Positions 1 to 15,005 of a stretch of 64,000 bases of DNA are shown one piece after another. Positions within the stretch are counted from its first letter, which is position 1, and every line of letters begins with the position of its first letter. The position numbers and the translations under genes were made by a program. The DNA lies in contig JAAOMT010000098.1 in the NCBI GenBank assembly GCA_016748015.1, positions 62,310-126,309 on the forward strand, written 5' to 3'. Under the pieces are notes generated by a model that was given only the letters and a program-made list of their open reading frames with translations, was not told the DNA's origin and did no database searches. Origin of the DNA: Geosiphon pyriformis uo1 (lineage: Eukaryota > Fungi > Glomeromycota).

Positions 1-724
1 TCTTTAACAAAGTGGGAATTTTGTTCCAGTTGATTAATGTCTGAAATGAAAAATATTAATTTTTTTTTGGATATAACAAAATTTTTTAAATATTTCAACC
101 TTTATTTCTGGTAATAAATAAATAAATAAATAAATAAAATAAATAAATATAATGGTGCAAAATCTCAATGTCTTGAAATAATAAGTTTTATAACTTAATT
201 ATTTCATTTTTTGACACATTAAAAAAACTTTATTTGAAGAGCGTCCAAATAAATATTCTCAAAACGTTTTTTAACAATGTTATACAGAAACATAAAAAAA
301 TTTAATATAACCTGTCAAAGACATTTTTTTTTGTAAGTATAATAAATTTCAATTGTTTTTAATAAATGGAAATGAAAATTTAATTTAATTTAATTTAATT
401 TAATTCACTTTGAACCATTTTAATTAAGAATCAAAAATTCTTGTCTCATCAAAAAGTTTGGAAAATATAATGTGATAAATATTAATATTTCAAAAATAGG
501 AACTCAAAAAAAAGCAGATTTATTTATTTCACTTTTAGTTTTTAGTTTGTTTGTTTTTTCGTGAAAAAGTATAAAAATAATTCATTCAAAACTTAGTGTT
601 TCTTAAAATTCTTTACGTTATTAATTAAATTTTTATAAGATCAAGATTTAAATAAGAATGTTAGTTATTAAAGAGATAAATAATATGTTTATGAGTAAAG
701 GAGTTATTGGGAATTTATTAATTA

Positions 725-1127
725 TCATGCCAAATTTAGAAATCCACAGAAAAGACCAAAAAACGTTAAACAATTCAAAGGGTTTATAGAAGGACTGAAA
801 TTTAGTGGAATGCTTGGTGTCTTTGGGGAAAGTTCATTTGTTGGAGTTGGTGGAGTTTCCCCAATAGGATACGTTAATACGCTAAACTTTGTAGTAGACG
901 AACCATTAGGTAAAGTTACGACCGAGGCATAGGTAGTTGATGTAAGAGTGTTTGGAACGTTTTTTTTAGGGTTAGGAGGTGGGGTGCTAATAGTTACATT
1001 TGTGATAGTTGATGTAATTACTAAGGTTGAGCTACAAATTTTCAAAGGTTTTGTTAATGTTTAGTTTTAATTTTAAATTTCAAAATTTCAAAATTTTTGC
1101 TTAAAGATAGTGAATTTACCTTGGAGA

Positions 1128-1177
<50 letters not shown>

Positions 1178-1185
1178 CATTTTTA

Positions 1186-1232
<47 letters not shown>

Positions 1233-1624
1233 TTGCGTAGAACTTGATTGATTACTTGACAAAGATTGACTGGTTGTCGAGGTGATTGTATTTTTACTGG
1301 AACTTGTTGAAGATTGCGTTGTCATAGATGGTGAGTTACCAGTTGTAGTTTGAATGGTGAGGGTCCCAGCAGAATTTTCATTCGTCTGATTAGTATTTTC
1401 ATTTACTGCTCTTTCACTTAAGCTGAAAAAAAAAAATAATTACCATTTTTAATTGAACATATACCAAATAATAATATATCAAATTTGAAATACCACCCTA
1501 ATATGATATTTATTATAAAAACTTTGACTTACTCATTAGTTCCATTTACAAAATTTTCTTTGCTTATCACTATCAAAATGATGAAAATTGTGAAAATTGA
1601 AAAAAAAATTGATTTCAACTCCAT
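725..1624 (-). CDS. Secreted Ser/Thr/Asn-rich protein with GPI-anchor-like C-terminus (3 exons: 1624-1533, 1422-1120, 1031-725)
   Basis: ATG at 1624 gives the hydrophobic N-terminus MELKSIFFSIFTIFIILIVIS. GT-AG introns (gtaagt..cag, gtaaat..tag) join the 1116-1325 and 725-1045 ORFs in frame. The protein has poly-Asn from (AAT)n and ends in the hydrophobic tail LNCLTFFGLFCGFLNLA*. Confidence 0.8.
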
Positions 1625-3652
1625 TATTTTTGATTAGTTATATCGAAGGAGTTTTTTTGTTTGTTTGTTTGTTTGTTTGTTTGTTTGGTTGTTTGTAAAC
1701 GTTTTTCTTTTTCTTTTTAAAAAAAATAAAAAATATTTTTTTTTTTTTGAAAGTTGAAATAGAAAAAAAAAAAAACAAAAAAAAACAAGATTTATAAATG
1801 TGGTTTTCAATCTATTAAAAAGAAACTGAAATCAGAAAAAAAGCTTAGTAATAAATGGTAAACAAGGTATATAAAATTGAAAATAAAAAATAAAAAAATA
1901 AAAAAAAAGAGTCCCTATGATATTCCTTTGAAACATTCGATTACTGCACAATTAAAGCCGGTCATGGGCGAAAGGGTAAGTGTCACATACGGGTTTAAAC
2001 AAAATGTATTACGACAGAACATTCAATGAATTTAATTGTGCCAAGTTGCATATCAGTTTATCTTATTTGAATATTATACAGTATTATTTGCATAAAAATC
2101 AAATGGTAATTGTGGGATTAACTTTCCCAATATCCGTATGCAGGAGTCATACACGATTTATTTTAGTTGACTATGAAAGATTACTTATGGAGGAAAAACG
2201 AAAAACTGGAAATTTCTAATCATAATAAGAAATTTCCTGTGAGACATTTTTGAGCTTAAATATCGGTAAAAAGTTTATACTAAAAAAAGGAAACAAATTT
2301 CACCTTAGTGGTTTAGCCAAATTATTTCATGGCATCAATAGCTTAATATGAGTGAAATGACGCCCAAAGGATAACTGTTTATTTTTTGGTTAAAAACAAT
2401 CGGATTGAAATTTTTTTTTTGAAAAAACAAAGTATATCCCCCAATTTTAAAAGTGTGAAAACCGTTTCTAGATTGAATCAAGGAATTCTAGATTAAATAA
2501 ACGAATTCTAGATTGAAAAAATGATCTTGATACCAAAACCTGAGTGAATTAATATTGATAAATGTAATTTTTAATCCCACTTTAAAAAAAAATGAATTGA
2601 ACCTGGTTACTATTTTCCTTTTATTATGCTCAAAATTAATATCAATTAAACATAAAATTTAAATTTATTTATTTATTCAATTTAAAATTTTTATTCTTTT
2701 GAAAATCCTATAATAGCATCATCATCATCATCATCACAAATAGATTTTAATAAATTCTTCATATCTCAGCGTTTGAAAATCCTATTGTCACCTTCGTTCT
2801 GCAAAAGTAATTCATGATAAATAATCAAGATATTTTTAAAATTTTCTTTTTGACTCTTTGCTTTTCAAATCTATTTACATTATTTTTTTGTATTTACTAT
2901 TTATTGAACATCAAAAAATATATTCTGTTTGAGAGATCATTAGGCTGAATCAACGTTAACATCAAAAAGGTAACTTTTTTTCATATGTTTCAACAGTTAT
3001 AAAATTTCAATACACAGCCATGTGATTTTCACATGGTTAACGAAAGTTCTATTTGACTAATTGAAAATAAGTTATTTTTTTTAAAAAATATTTAATTTCG
3101 ATTAAAAAGTCATGGTATGAAAAAAAACAAAAAAAAAAACAGATAAGCTTGTGCAGGTTTACTAAACCTTCAAATTTTCAAAAACCTGGTAACTGTTTCA
3201 TTTCCTTAAAAAATTATCATTTGTTGACTTTGCTTATAAATTCATGTCTATATTTTGTCAATTATTTTAAAATCTTGGATATATGGCTAAAATTTTCTAA
3301 AAATAGACTAGAAATCAACAAATAGCCATCGTATTCTTAATTTATATATTCAAACTATAAGAAATTTTAAATCAAATTCTTTGAAAAAATTCTCATTTTT
3401 CAAAACGCTTCTAGCTTATAACCTTTCATCAATTACAAACTGATCGTTTTTTTTCGTATGACAGACATTTGATCATCAGGGTGACCATGATCATTAATCT
3501 TAAAATGGATTGGCATCTTTCAAAATGAAACACATCCTTACAGTTTTTTTCTTAGAATTCTTTGCAATTTATGAATGCCAAATAATTTTCCTTTAAATCA
3601 TTGTTTCACAATTATCATTATGATTATTAACTTTGAAATAGAAATTGATTTT

Positions 3653-3812
<160 letters not shown>

Positions 3813-4595
3813 TAAAAAAAGAATTAAAATCCCAAAATAAATTCATTTATTATAAAAATGTGATATCTAAGAATACCTTTATTAAATTAAAAAAGACCAA
3901 TTATTTAACTATCTTTCAATAAGAAATTATTGCAATCAATAATTTAAATATTGAAAAATAACTATAATTAGATTTTTTTTATTTAATTTACATTAAATAT
4001 ATTCAGTTGTTGTTGTTGTTGTTGTTGTTTATCATCTGAAACAATCTATTCAGCTTCAAATCAAAAAATAATAATAATAAATATTTCAATTTTTGGCAAA
4101 AATAAAAAAATTTATAAAATTTCAAAAATTCATTCAACTTAAATCTGCTAAACTTGAGATAAAAACCGATTCTATTTATAAATATTTTGTTCACAATTTT
4201 AAAAATATTCCAAACTTTTCAAATTTAGAAACTTTCTAAATTGACATGAAAAATTTTTACCTGAAACCCTCTTTTATCCAAAATGGTTTTACAACATGAT
4301 TTTAATATGGTCTCACAAAATCTTTTTCATAAGCAAAAAAAAAAACCAGAGATATTCCTAATTTCAATGGTCGATTTTATAAAAATCTAAACAATGAGCA
4401 TTTATTGTGATACATTCGATTTTTTAGATTGCAACTCTTTACCTTTATTTAAAACTTGGTATTAAAAAATTCCGATTTCAGCTGAACTATAAAGATCTGT
4501 TCTACAAAACATGAATGATTACTGATTAACAAAGATTAAGGCATCCATTTTTCTTTACTGACATTCATACTACATTTACTATTTGTATCTATTTA

Positions 4596-4597
4596 TG

Positions 4598-4631
<34 letters not shown>

Positions 4632-4636
4632 TGTAT
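4596..4636. repeat. (TATG)n microsatellite
   Basis: Directly visible tandem tatg. Confidence 0.9.
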
Positions 4637-5340
4637 CAATTTTATAATGATATAGAAAACCAAAAACCCAATTAAAAGAAAATATCACTTTACATTAGAT
4701 TGATGATAAATCTTAAAATTTTCCAGAAATTATTTTAAACTATATCCTGTTTCTCGACCTTTCCTGGTAATTTCGATATTTTCTGTCAGAAAAACCCAAG
4801 TCGTCGGAATTTCTCAACAAACAATCAACAGTTTTGGTGCTTAACGTCATATTCCAAGAGTGTTTCAAAAATTCTATCAATCATTGAAGCAAAAAAATCT
4901 GGTGCACTGATAAAAACTGCACAATCATTCTTTTCTGATTAGTAAATGTTCAAACAAGAAATATTAAAATTGAAACAAGAAATATTAAAATTAAATATAA
5001 ATTTTTGTTTAGCTAGCATTTCTTCTCATGTGTTCAAACCATCAAAAAAGCTATGATCAAAGAACAAAGGCCACCATTTGATTCCCCCCGATTCTAGACT
5101 TTTTATCCCTAATTGGCAAATATAAATTAGATTTTTGATCCAACTGCCTCTATTTGCTACCCACACGACGTTTGACATTAACCAAAGAGAGAAAATCTAT
5201 GCAGATATATCGTGTTCTACACCAGTTAAATTTAGCTCACCAAGGATTGGTATTCGTATAAACAACTGTAATACTAACCAAAACCAACACTAGTTTGAAA
5301 AAAATTCCATAAATTATGTGTCATGTTTAAACGTCTGTAT

Positions 5341-5410
5341 GTTGTGTGGTGTGTGTGTGTGTGTGTTGTGTGTTGTGTGTTGTGTGCGTGTGTGTGTGTG
5401 TGTGTGTGTG
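5341..5410. repeat. (GT)n compound microsatellite
   Basis: Directly visible. Confidence 0.9.
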
Positions 5411-6259
5411 AGAAATTATACACATCCCCCGGCTGAATATTTGAGCCAATCCCAATTTATGCATGTCACACATCATTCAATGTATCTTTAATGTATCAGT
5501 GCGTCTTTGAAAAATATAATAGGTGACCCAAAAACTATTTACTGATCTGTAAAATATGCACTGTGAACATTAAGAACGGCTGTGAATGGCAATGAGCGGC
5601 CCAGCAAAAAAGCTCGTACAAAGTTCACAAAGTTTGATACGCACAGCTATTGAAATTCAAGATACAGAAACCAAGAAGCAAGAAGCAGTGTCTCACTCAA
5701 CCTTGCTTTGTTGATACATCGAAAAGAATCAATCATCGTTCACTGAAATCAAACAAAACAAATCCTCGTAAATCTTTTGATTTTTTTCTCTTGCACTTTG
5801 CCACATTGACTTCTCTCACCTTCTCCTTGACTATCTCCATAGCTTTCTGCTTCTAATCTCTTAAACCTGATTTCTCTTCGAGGAAAATAATAATTTTTTT
5901 AAAGCAAGAAATCTGCCCAACCTTTTCACACCACGAGCAGAATACCTCAACTTTAATCGAGAGTCATTAATAACGCTTTAATTTTTCCTCATCTAATTTT
6001 GGCCGGACTCCAATTGTACCTGATTGCCCTCTTAACCCCCAAATTAAACAACGAGTAACAAATAAAGGTTCCTTTTTGGTCATTTATTTTTTGTCGTTTT
6101 TTATCCTTTCCTTTCATCAGCGCAATCCGTACGCATACACACGTAGTGTCTACCTGAAACAGTGAGTCAAAATTTTCCTTTTCAACGCCCCCATTTTAGA
6201 CGTTTTTTGAACTAAACATCATACTATTCATAAAAAAATAAAAATACCAGCATCCTTCC

Positions 6260-6295
<36 letters not shown>

Positions 6296-6375
6296 CTCCA
6301 CTCACTCCACTCACTCACTCAATTACTCACTCACTTCTCAACTCCGTTCATAAAACAATCGGAAAATCCGTCATA

Positions 6376-8683
6376 ATGCCAAATTTAAAGAAATTATTTC
6401 GCAAATTGTTTAAACGAAAATCAGGAAAAGGTCGTAAGGGAAGAAATGTTCATAATCGTGGCAAGAAAAATCAAATGCCATCAAATAAAAGGTCAACCGG
6501 AGCAGGAACGACAGGTAAGAGCGTTATAATAAGGAATGAAAATTAACCATGGATAATTTTTCTTATCAAACATCAAACTCTATCAATCCAGCTTCGGCAA
6601 CAATGGAACCTACCACAAATCCATCTTCGGCGATATCTTCACCAACACGGCTGGGGCATTCACCTTCGGCCTCGACAGGTTCAACAGTTGGTGCAGGAAA
6701 GATACCAGCTTCGATTTCACCCCACTCTACAACTGGAAATAAATCTGAGCATAGTTCTCGAACAAACTCCCCAACTAAAACACAATTTCTTTCCCCATAT
6801 GAATCAAATCAACGTGATGAAGAATCGGCAACATTCGATCCATTTGCTAATACCGAACATGACCCAACTTTACCAAGACGAAGGGAACGGAGTGATACCG
6901 GTTCAACAAGTATACAGCGTAACTCTTCATGGCCTATACCAAGTCGACCTGTGAGCGGGCGACGAGATTGGAGAAGTGGCTATCAACCAATCGATACTTT
7001 GGTTTCCGATATTCGAATTCAGTATCCGGAACCTGATCAACACATGAGTTGGATACCGTTTGATGAATTTGTCGGACATAGGTTTGTGGCACGGGGTGGC
7101 TCTTCGGCCATTTATCAGGCCACCTGGTTGAAAACAGGACAACGAATAGCGTTAAAGTGTTTGGATGATTCCGCTGATATCAGTACAGAATTTTTGAATC
7201 AGGTAAGATTTTTGAATGTTGATCTTTTGATCAATTTATTTGATTTCATACTCCACTAATAAAAAAATTTAATTTTAATTTACCTCTTTAAAATAATTAA
7301 TTAATTGCTTGCTTGCTTGCTTTCTCAGCTGAAACGACATTGGGGTGTCTACACACAATCAGAATCTATCCGGATCCATGGGATCACACAGCTTCCGGAA
7401 AGTGGTGATTTTATGATCGTCATGCAGTATGCAGTCTATGGAAACTTGCCGATCCACATACAACGAAACCGATTATTAAGTTGGAAGGATAAATGCGAAA
7501 TCGTAGCGTCGATCGCACGGAGCTTGACAGAGATACATAAACGAGGATTGGTCCATGGAGATATACATAGTGGCAACATTCTAAACCTTGATGGAGCATC
7601 AAGTTTTGTGATTACTGATACTGGGATCTGTGGTCCTGCGAACCGAAAAGCTCGTCGAGATGTGCCACATGGTGTCTTGCCATACGTCGCACCCGAAGTC
7701 TTGGCTGGAAATGAATGTACTCAGAAATCGGACGTTTTTAGTTTCGCAATGATAATGTGGGAATTATCGGCAGGATTGAAACCGTACTTGGGTCGTGCCC
7801 ATGACTATTATTTGGCTAAAGAAATATATGAAGGCACTAGACCATCAGTTCAATCTGGAACTCCATCATTTTATGAAGAATTAATGATCAAATGTTGGGA
7901 ATCGAATCCAAGGAATCGTCCTGATGCTCAAGAAATTCTTCGGAATGTAAATAAATGGTTCGACAATGACCAATTCGATGATATTAAGAAAAATAATGTC
8001 ACAAGATCGTTTAATAACGCCAGCAATGATCGAATCCATCCTGAAGCCATATATCATAGTCGTCCATTGGAATTTCCAAATCTCAAAGTTCATGGTCGTA
8101 AACCTGTTGCATCTACGATAGTACCTCGAAAGAATCTTCTTAATGGTAAGTTTTTGGTGAAATTTGCTTAAGGTAAATCTTACCAATTTACAAATTGATG
8201 TTGAGTAACTTGAAAAATTGAAATTTCAGAACCTTCACCTGTCGCTGAAAAGGAAAGCTTTGAAAATGGTGGTAAGTTAAACGGCTATGTGTATAAAATA
8301 TCTGCTCTATTTTTTAACTGATTACTTAACTAATCGATATAAACCTTTGCCGAATTGCAGACCGAAAGAGCAATTACTTGCCTAATGATTTAATTGATGA
8401 GGTTTTAAAGCAAAAAACCGAAATCGGTCAAGGTATTGCAAATTGTTTCGAATTTTAATTAAATTTGAAAAACTCGACCATTTTCTCACCTCCTTATACC
8501 CCTTGCTAAATTTTATAAAGTTAATCTATCTGAGCTTCAGGTTGCAAGGCTTCGAGATGCGCCACTTGCTGTACGAAGTAAGTTGTCTTAAAAAGGGTTT
8601 AAATTTTTGCAGTGATTCAATCAAATTTCTAAACCTTCACTTTCCACCCTAGAACAAATGATAAGTTTGTACATCACAGATGA
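6376..8683 (+). CDS. Tyrosine-kinase-like (TKL) protein kinase. Exons 6376-6514, 6592-7202, 7329-8145, 8230-8271, 8361-8432, and tentatively 8541-8577, 8653-8683
   Basis: Motifs ARGGSSAIY, IALK, HGDIHSGNIL, DTG, YVAPE, SDVFSFAMIMWE, CW..P..RP and IHPEAIYHSR. GT-AG junctions keep frame; the last two exons are less certain. There is a probable 5'UTR intron at 6162-6250. Confidence 0.85.
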
Positions 8684-10599
8684 TGGTGAGCTTCAAATCT
8701 TCATCAAAATTTTTCTCGTTCAATTTCCTATCCGAATCATAATTAACAATGAATTTTTTTTTATTTTCCAGAAATTTCCACAGTAACAGCATTTTGGGCC
8801 AGTGAACCGATGCCAGAACCATTTGTCGTATCATCCGTATAACGCCTTCACCGTTACTCCTCATTTCCCCACATTACATCTTTCAACTTTTTATCATCAG
8901 TTGTACCGTGGCGCTTCAAGGATCTCACTTGATCCAACGCTACACAACTCTTTCATTTTCGCATTTAATTGAAAAAGAATTATTGCTCAATTGAAAAACC
9001 TCTCAAACTCCAACCCTAAATGAAAGTCACCCTCCCAAACAATATCATGGAATCCTATTCAGCTTTCACTCTCTCTTATCGATAATTCATCAATCCCGAA
9101 TGAAAACCATCATCAAATCCGATAACCAAAACAACAAACCCAATACACTACTTGGGGAGGGTAGTAGTTATATCAATACTTTCTTTCACAATCTAATTCA
9201 CCATCATTTTCTTTCGTTTTACTTGCCTAAAGGCATTTATTTCCAATCAAAACAATTTTAACATTCTTCCTAACATTGAGGATTTTTATCACAAGCTTCC
9301 CAATCTTGATTCACTGAATTGCTACACAGTCCCATATCTGATTCACATTCAACGATTCTTGAACATTATTTTTACCACCACCTCACATCCAGGACTTTTC
9401 ATTCAAATATAAATATATAAATAATATACACACATAAAAACTAGATAAAATAGATATTTTGGAATAATTAGGGGGAAGAAGAAAGAGCTGTTGTTTGGTA
9501 AATTTAGCAATTCAGTTTTTTAGGAGGTTAGAGTAATCATCTACTTCCGAAATCATAATTCAAAAAAAGTGTAGCATCTTTACAAAAAATTTTGAAAGGT
9601 TTATTTTTTGCTGAGGTTTTCCTCATTCAAACTTGATGTGAGAATGAAGTTTGGCGATAATTTCTCGTGAGGTGGTGGTGGATATATACTTTCACATATA
9701 TATCAAATTTTATATTATATAACGATGAAAAAAATTTTAAAATCGAGATACTTAATTAAAAATTAGCTCATATTCGCTGCAAAGCAATCCTTGAAACATC
9801 TTCAAATAAAACATCAAAAAAGTTCTGCATTTTCTTTCAACAATAAATTAAGAAAGTAGAATTGGGATTTTTTCAATCACTGTTAGAGAATGGAAATTAA
9901 TCAATCACCAATCATTTGTGTTAAATGATACTGAAAAAGTCAAAGCTTTTTGAGTTACATGAGTTTATTAAACATCAAATGAGCCAGTTCGATATTTTAA
10001 TTAATTGCTTCGGTAATTTCGAATAATTGGACCTTTTAGGAAATCAACATATAATTCATTGGGAGAAATATCTAGTTTCATCTTGGATCACAAATTGTCC
10101 AAATTGTGCACGACATTCCTCAGTTAATCGCTAAGGGTGATTAAACCAAAAGCCAAATTACTCATTTTTGGGCTGATCCATTTTGTTGTATGCATTATTT
10201 ACCCGATCAATCATGAAAAAATTTTGTTCTAGTTTTGTCACTGGCCGAGAGCCTTCTTAACGTCAAAGATCCCGTGAAAGGGAGAAATGACATAAAGTAA
10301 GATCATGAATTCTCAGGAAAGTTAATATCTTTAATCTAACCGAAATAGAGGCAATATTCTACCATAGAACCACTAAAAACGGAGGTAACTAAAAGATGAG
10401 GGTTTTGTTTGGTTGTTTGTTTCGTTGCTTGATCTCTTAATTAAATACAACGTAATTTTCATGTTTGTGCATTTTAATAAATTAAACAAGTTTTATTGCA
10501 TGCCAATGGTTTTACTTGATGAGCAGAAAAAACTTTCACCCCTAATCAAAAATTCAAATTAACTAAAAAAAACAAACTCATATTGCTAAGAATTTTAAA

Positions 10600-13500
10600 A
10601 TATTTCAAAATAATGTAAGCTGATTCCAATATTTATATGATTTTATATAAGCTAATTTTCGTAAAAAAGATAAATTACTTGTATTAAATAATAAATTTGA
10701 TTAAATTTTTTATAACAGATAATAAAAAACAACGTTTCTTTTTAACTTTAATGAACATTAATTTTTGTATTTACATTTTTGTAACACAATATAAATTTTA
10801 ATTACGTTATATATTACAAAAATCAATAATTAAATCTTTTTTTACATGACTTTTTTAAATAAAATATACAAGAAGCAAATAATTTAAATTTTTTACTTTA
10901 TGTTTAAATTTTAATATTGCAAGATTATTTTCATTAACCATGTTTAATATATTTTGGTTTTATAAAATATGTATTGTTTGATAATTTTCAATATTAATTG
11001 ATCAATAAAATTGAAATTAATAGGATGGTTTTATTTAAACATTATTAAAATAAATATTTATTTATAAAATTATATTATTTTTTTTATATTTTAAAATTAA
11101 TTCTATATTATTAAAAATTAAAACAATTTAAAATTTATTTGGTTTATAAAATAATATTATATAATATTAATTTTTTTCTAGCTTTATTAAGAGTACACAT
11201 TTAAAAAAAACATGTATTATACATTTTTAAATGTAAATCACCATCCAAACCAATTAAAACTATTCTAATGTTTTTTTTAAAACTTAATCTAACAACCATT
11301 TTCGTCTTGCAAACTATAAACTCGTTAAAAATTTATTATAAGTGTCTTTGTTTATATTATATACTCAAGATATATATTAAAGTTTTTTTTATCCACAAAA
11401 ATATCTGTGTTACTAGATTTCAAACTTGTGGTTTAATAAAACAGCATTAAAATTCTTTTTGAATCAAAAAATTAATGAGTTTTTTAACATAAATTATTAG
11501 GTTGTCTCGGTTTTTTTAAACTTAAAAAAGCTTTTGGATTTTTGGTTTAAATGTGGTTTAAAAATTGGTTAATAAAGATGAATAGAAATTTAAAGTTATT
11601 AATATTAGTTTTGTTAAGTAAACTTAGTTCAAAGAAGTTTTTTTGATAATTTTATTGCATATAAATAATTTTGCTTTGGCCAAAAATACTAAAAATCTGA
11701 ATACTATGTAAATTATTTTACATAAAACTATATTAAGTTTAATTAAGATGTAATTTTAAATATTATAATTAATATTTGTAAAAGTTTTTACTTTTTTAAA
11801 TTGAAACTATTGATTTCTAAGTTATTAAAATATTTTAAATTGGATAATAATAATAAGATTTTTGTACTGTTTTAATTTTAGACTAAATTGATTATAATTA
11901 TTATTATTACTATTAGTCAAAAAGCTTTTATGTAAATTTAGTACTATAAAAATTGATTATTATTAAGAAAAATTACAGATTATTTAAGTAGTATAAGCCA
12001 AAACTAAGAATACAAGTATTTAAACTATTATTAATAAATAAATAAAACACTTTAATATTAACAAATAAAAAAAATTTTTGAACAACCATTCCAAAAAATT
12101 GTTTTAAACTATTTGGTTACAAATAATAAATTAATTTTTAAATCTAAACTAATTATATTTAAAATGAATTTGGTTATAGAAATTTAAATTAAAAAAAGTT
12201 ATTAAAAATAATTGGAAATTTTTCATATAGTAAAGTTATTAAATTGTTTAATATTTTAACTAAAATTTAGAAAAATTATAATAAATTGGTTTTAAATTAT
12301 TTATTAGTTCTTTTTAATAATTTTTTAATATTAAAGAAGAGTTTTGATTTTTAATAATGTGTTTAAGTATTTATTATTTCTAAGTTTTAAAATTAAAAAA
12401 ATATATTAATTAATATTTGATTTATAGTATTAATTAAAATTATTAAAAAAAATTTAGAATTTTGTTTAATAAAATTTGTGACTTAAATAATATATTATAT
12501 GAAAATAATTTTGCTGTTTTAAAAAATTTATTTACATAAATACACATTTTTGCTGTTAAATTAATTATTAAGAATACTTTATAAAAAAAATTTAAAATTT
12601 GATAGTTTTTTAAAATACACATAAAACATATAATTTTGTAAATTAATTTTATTGAAATATTATTTACTTAGAATTAAAATGTGTAAAAAAATTATTAAAT
12701 TTTTTAGCAATATTTATTTCAACAGAACCAATTATATAATAAAAGATTTTAAATTAAATTAAAATAAAATTTTTTTGATTACCGAAGTTTTTGTTAATAA
12801 TACAATTTGAATTAATAACTATTATACTATTATATAGAATATTCCAAATAATATTAGTTAATTTTTGTAATTAATAATATTAATAGAAAAAAAAACTGTT
12901 GTTATTTACATTAATTTTAAAATTAGTATAACAAATTTAAATATTTACAACCAGCCAATTAATATAAACAAATTAAATAATTTACATAAATATTTAGAAA
13001 TTATGTTTTAAATTTGAAAAAAAACTTTAGTATTTTAAAAAGTCAATTTTAAATAAGTAATTTGTTTATTTAGTTATAGTATATTATGTTTAATTATTAA
13101 ATATCTTATATAATTTAATTTAATTTACAAAAATATTTAGTTTAAAACTAACTTGTTTAAGAATTATTTAATTAAAACTATTTGTTATATAGTATTAAAC
13201 TTTTTAATTAAATTTAAACTAAAAATAAAGCTTTAACAATATTAAATTTTATTAATAATTCTAATTTGTTTAAATATTTGTTTTTTTTATAGTTTATTAA
13301 TTTATATATATTAAAATAAAAAATAATTGGTTTATTTAAAAAGTCTATAAACATATTAACAAATTTTGTTGACAAATATAATAAACTTTTTTAAAAAATT
13401 GGGTTTTGTATAAAAATATTAACATTTATCCTTTTAATAATAGATTTAAATTGTCAGTTTTATATATTTTAAATAAGTTGATATTTGCAAATTTATTAAA

Positions 13501-14220
13501 AACTTGAAAAAATATTATATTATTATTAATTAAAAATTTTTTAAAAAAAGCAATTAAATTCCAAAAATTCAGTTTTTAATTAATTAATAAAATATGTTTA
13601 TTATTTAAAAAATATAATATTTAAGATTTTTTATGTATTATATTCTGTTTTTTAAAACATTAATATAATTAAAAAAAAACATTTTTTTTATAAAATTTAC
13701 AATAAAAAATAAAAATTGTATATTAATAACTAAGTTAATAATTAGTTTAATAATTAAATTATTAATTAAATTAAACAAAATAATATTAATTTTATAATAT
13801 AAATTATTATTAAAATTTAAAATTTAAAAAATAATTACTTAAATTAAATTTTAACATATATTAATATTATTATTAACTAATCAATAACTTTGTAAAAAAA
13901 AAAGACAATATTATAAAAAAATAATTAATTAAATATGTAAAAAAAAACATATAAATTTTTTAAAATACCTAATTAAAATAGTTTTAATATATATTTAATA
14001 CTAGTTACACATTAATTATTTTTATTATGTAATATTTTTTTGAATATTTATAGTTAAAACATTGATAAAAAAAGATTATACTTGTTAAAAAAAATCTTAT
14101 ATTAATAAATATCTAGTGTTAATATACTAAGTTAAATAATTATTATAATAAATAAAAAATCAAGTGTATAATAATAATATACTAATAAGAATATTGATTG
14201 ATATTAATAATTAGTATTTC
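10600..14220. mobile_element. Extremely AT-rich decayed island, probably a hypermutated transposon relic (family not identifiable)
   Basis: Abrupt drop in G+C, very few CG dinucleotides, no credible ORF and non-tandem complexity. Boundaries are approximate and TE origin is inference. Confidence 0.45.
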
Positions 14221-15005
14221 ATACATATTTCACATGAAAACTTGGCATTAAAACCCAAAAGATTCATGAAAATCTCATTGTTATGATGAATTCTGGCTAG
14301 TGGCATATTTTTGTGATCACAACAGGGATGTGCTGTTTTTTAATAAAATAACCCGGGATCCTGGCTCTATGTAATTTTAAACACACTGAACGAATGAAAT
14401 TTATTACCTGCAATGACCTGCATTTCAGATCAAACAAATCAAACACCACTTATAAAGCTGAACTTTACTTAATAATCATTTTCGAAACAATTTTTGATCA
14501 CTCTTTGTTTTTCTGTCAAAAAACTTATCTTGCAGCATCAAATCTGACCGAATTTCAAAAGTCTATTTTGACTTTGAATCAGCCAATAATCATCTATTGT
14601 CATGCAAGCCAAATTTGCAGCTTTTTATAGGTAAATAAGAAAATTTATTCCAAGAATTTCCCAGTCACTGAAAAGGCACATGTACGTTTCACATTCCACA
14701 ATAAAATACATATTGAAAAGCAAGAACAAATTTCTCTTCCCTGGTCAAAATCAGCCTTGAATAGAGCCATTTTTCTTTTTTGTTACTGAAATGAAAATTA
14801 CAGCCCATCCAGCCAGGAATTCATCCATCACTGATCAGAATCACTGGTCAAAAGATGATTCATTACCTAGCAAAGGTCTCTATTTACCACATCATTGAAA
14901 TATGGGATTATGGAAAATATAAATGACAGATTCAGCTTAAATTTTGATCATTACTCTTTTTACTTTTTTATTTGACATAATATATTAAAAACATCTTAAT
15001 TTTAA

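Noticed and set aside
2467-2516. Three 20-bp-spaced ttctagatt repeats
   Set aside because: Short local tandem duplication with no supporting context.
12778-12830. ITEVFVNNTI*INNY as a decayed MULE transposase motif
   Set aside because: Too short and degenerate to support a family call.
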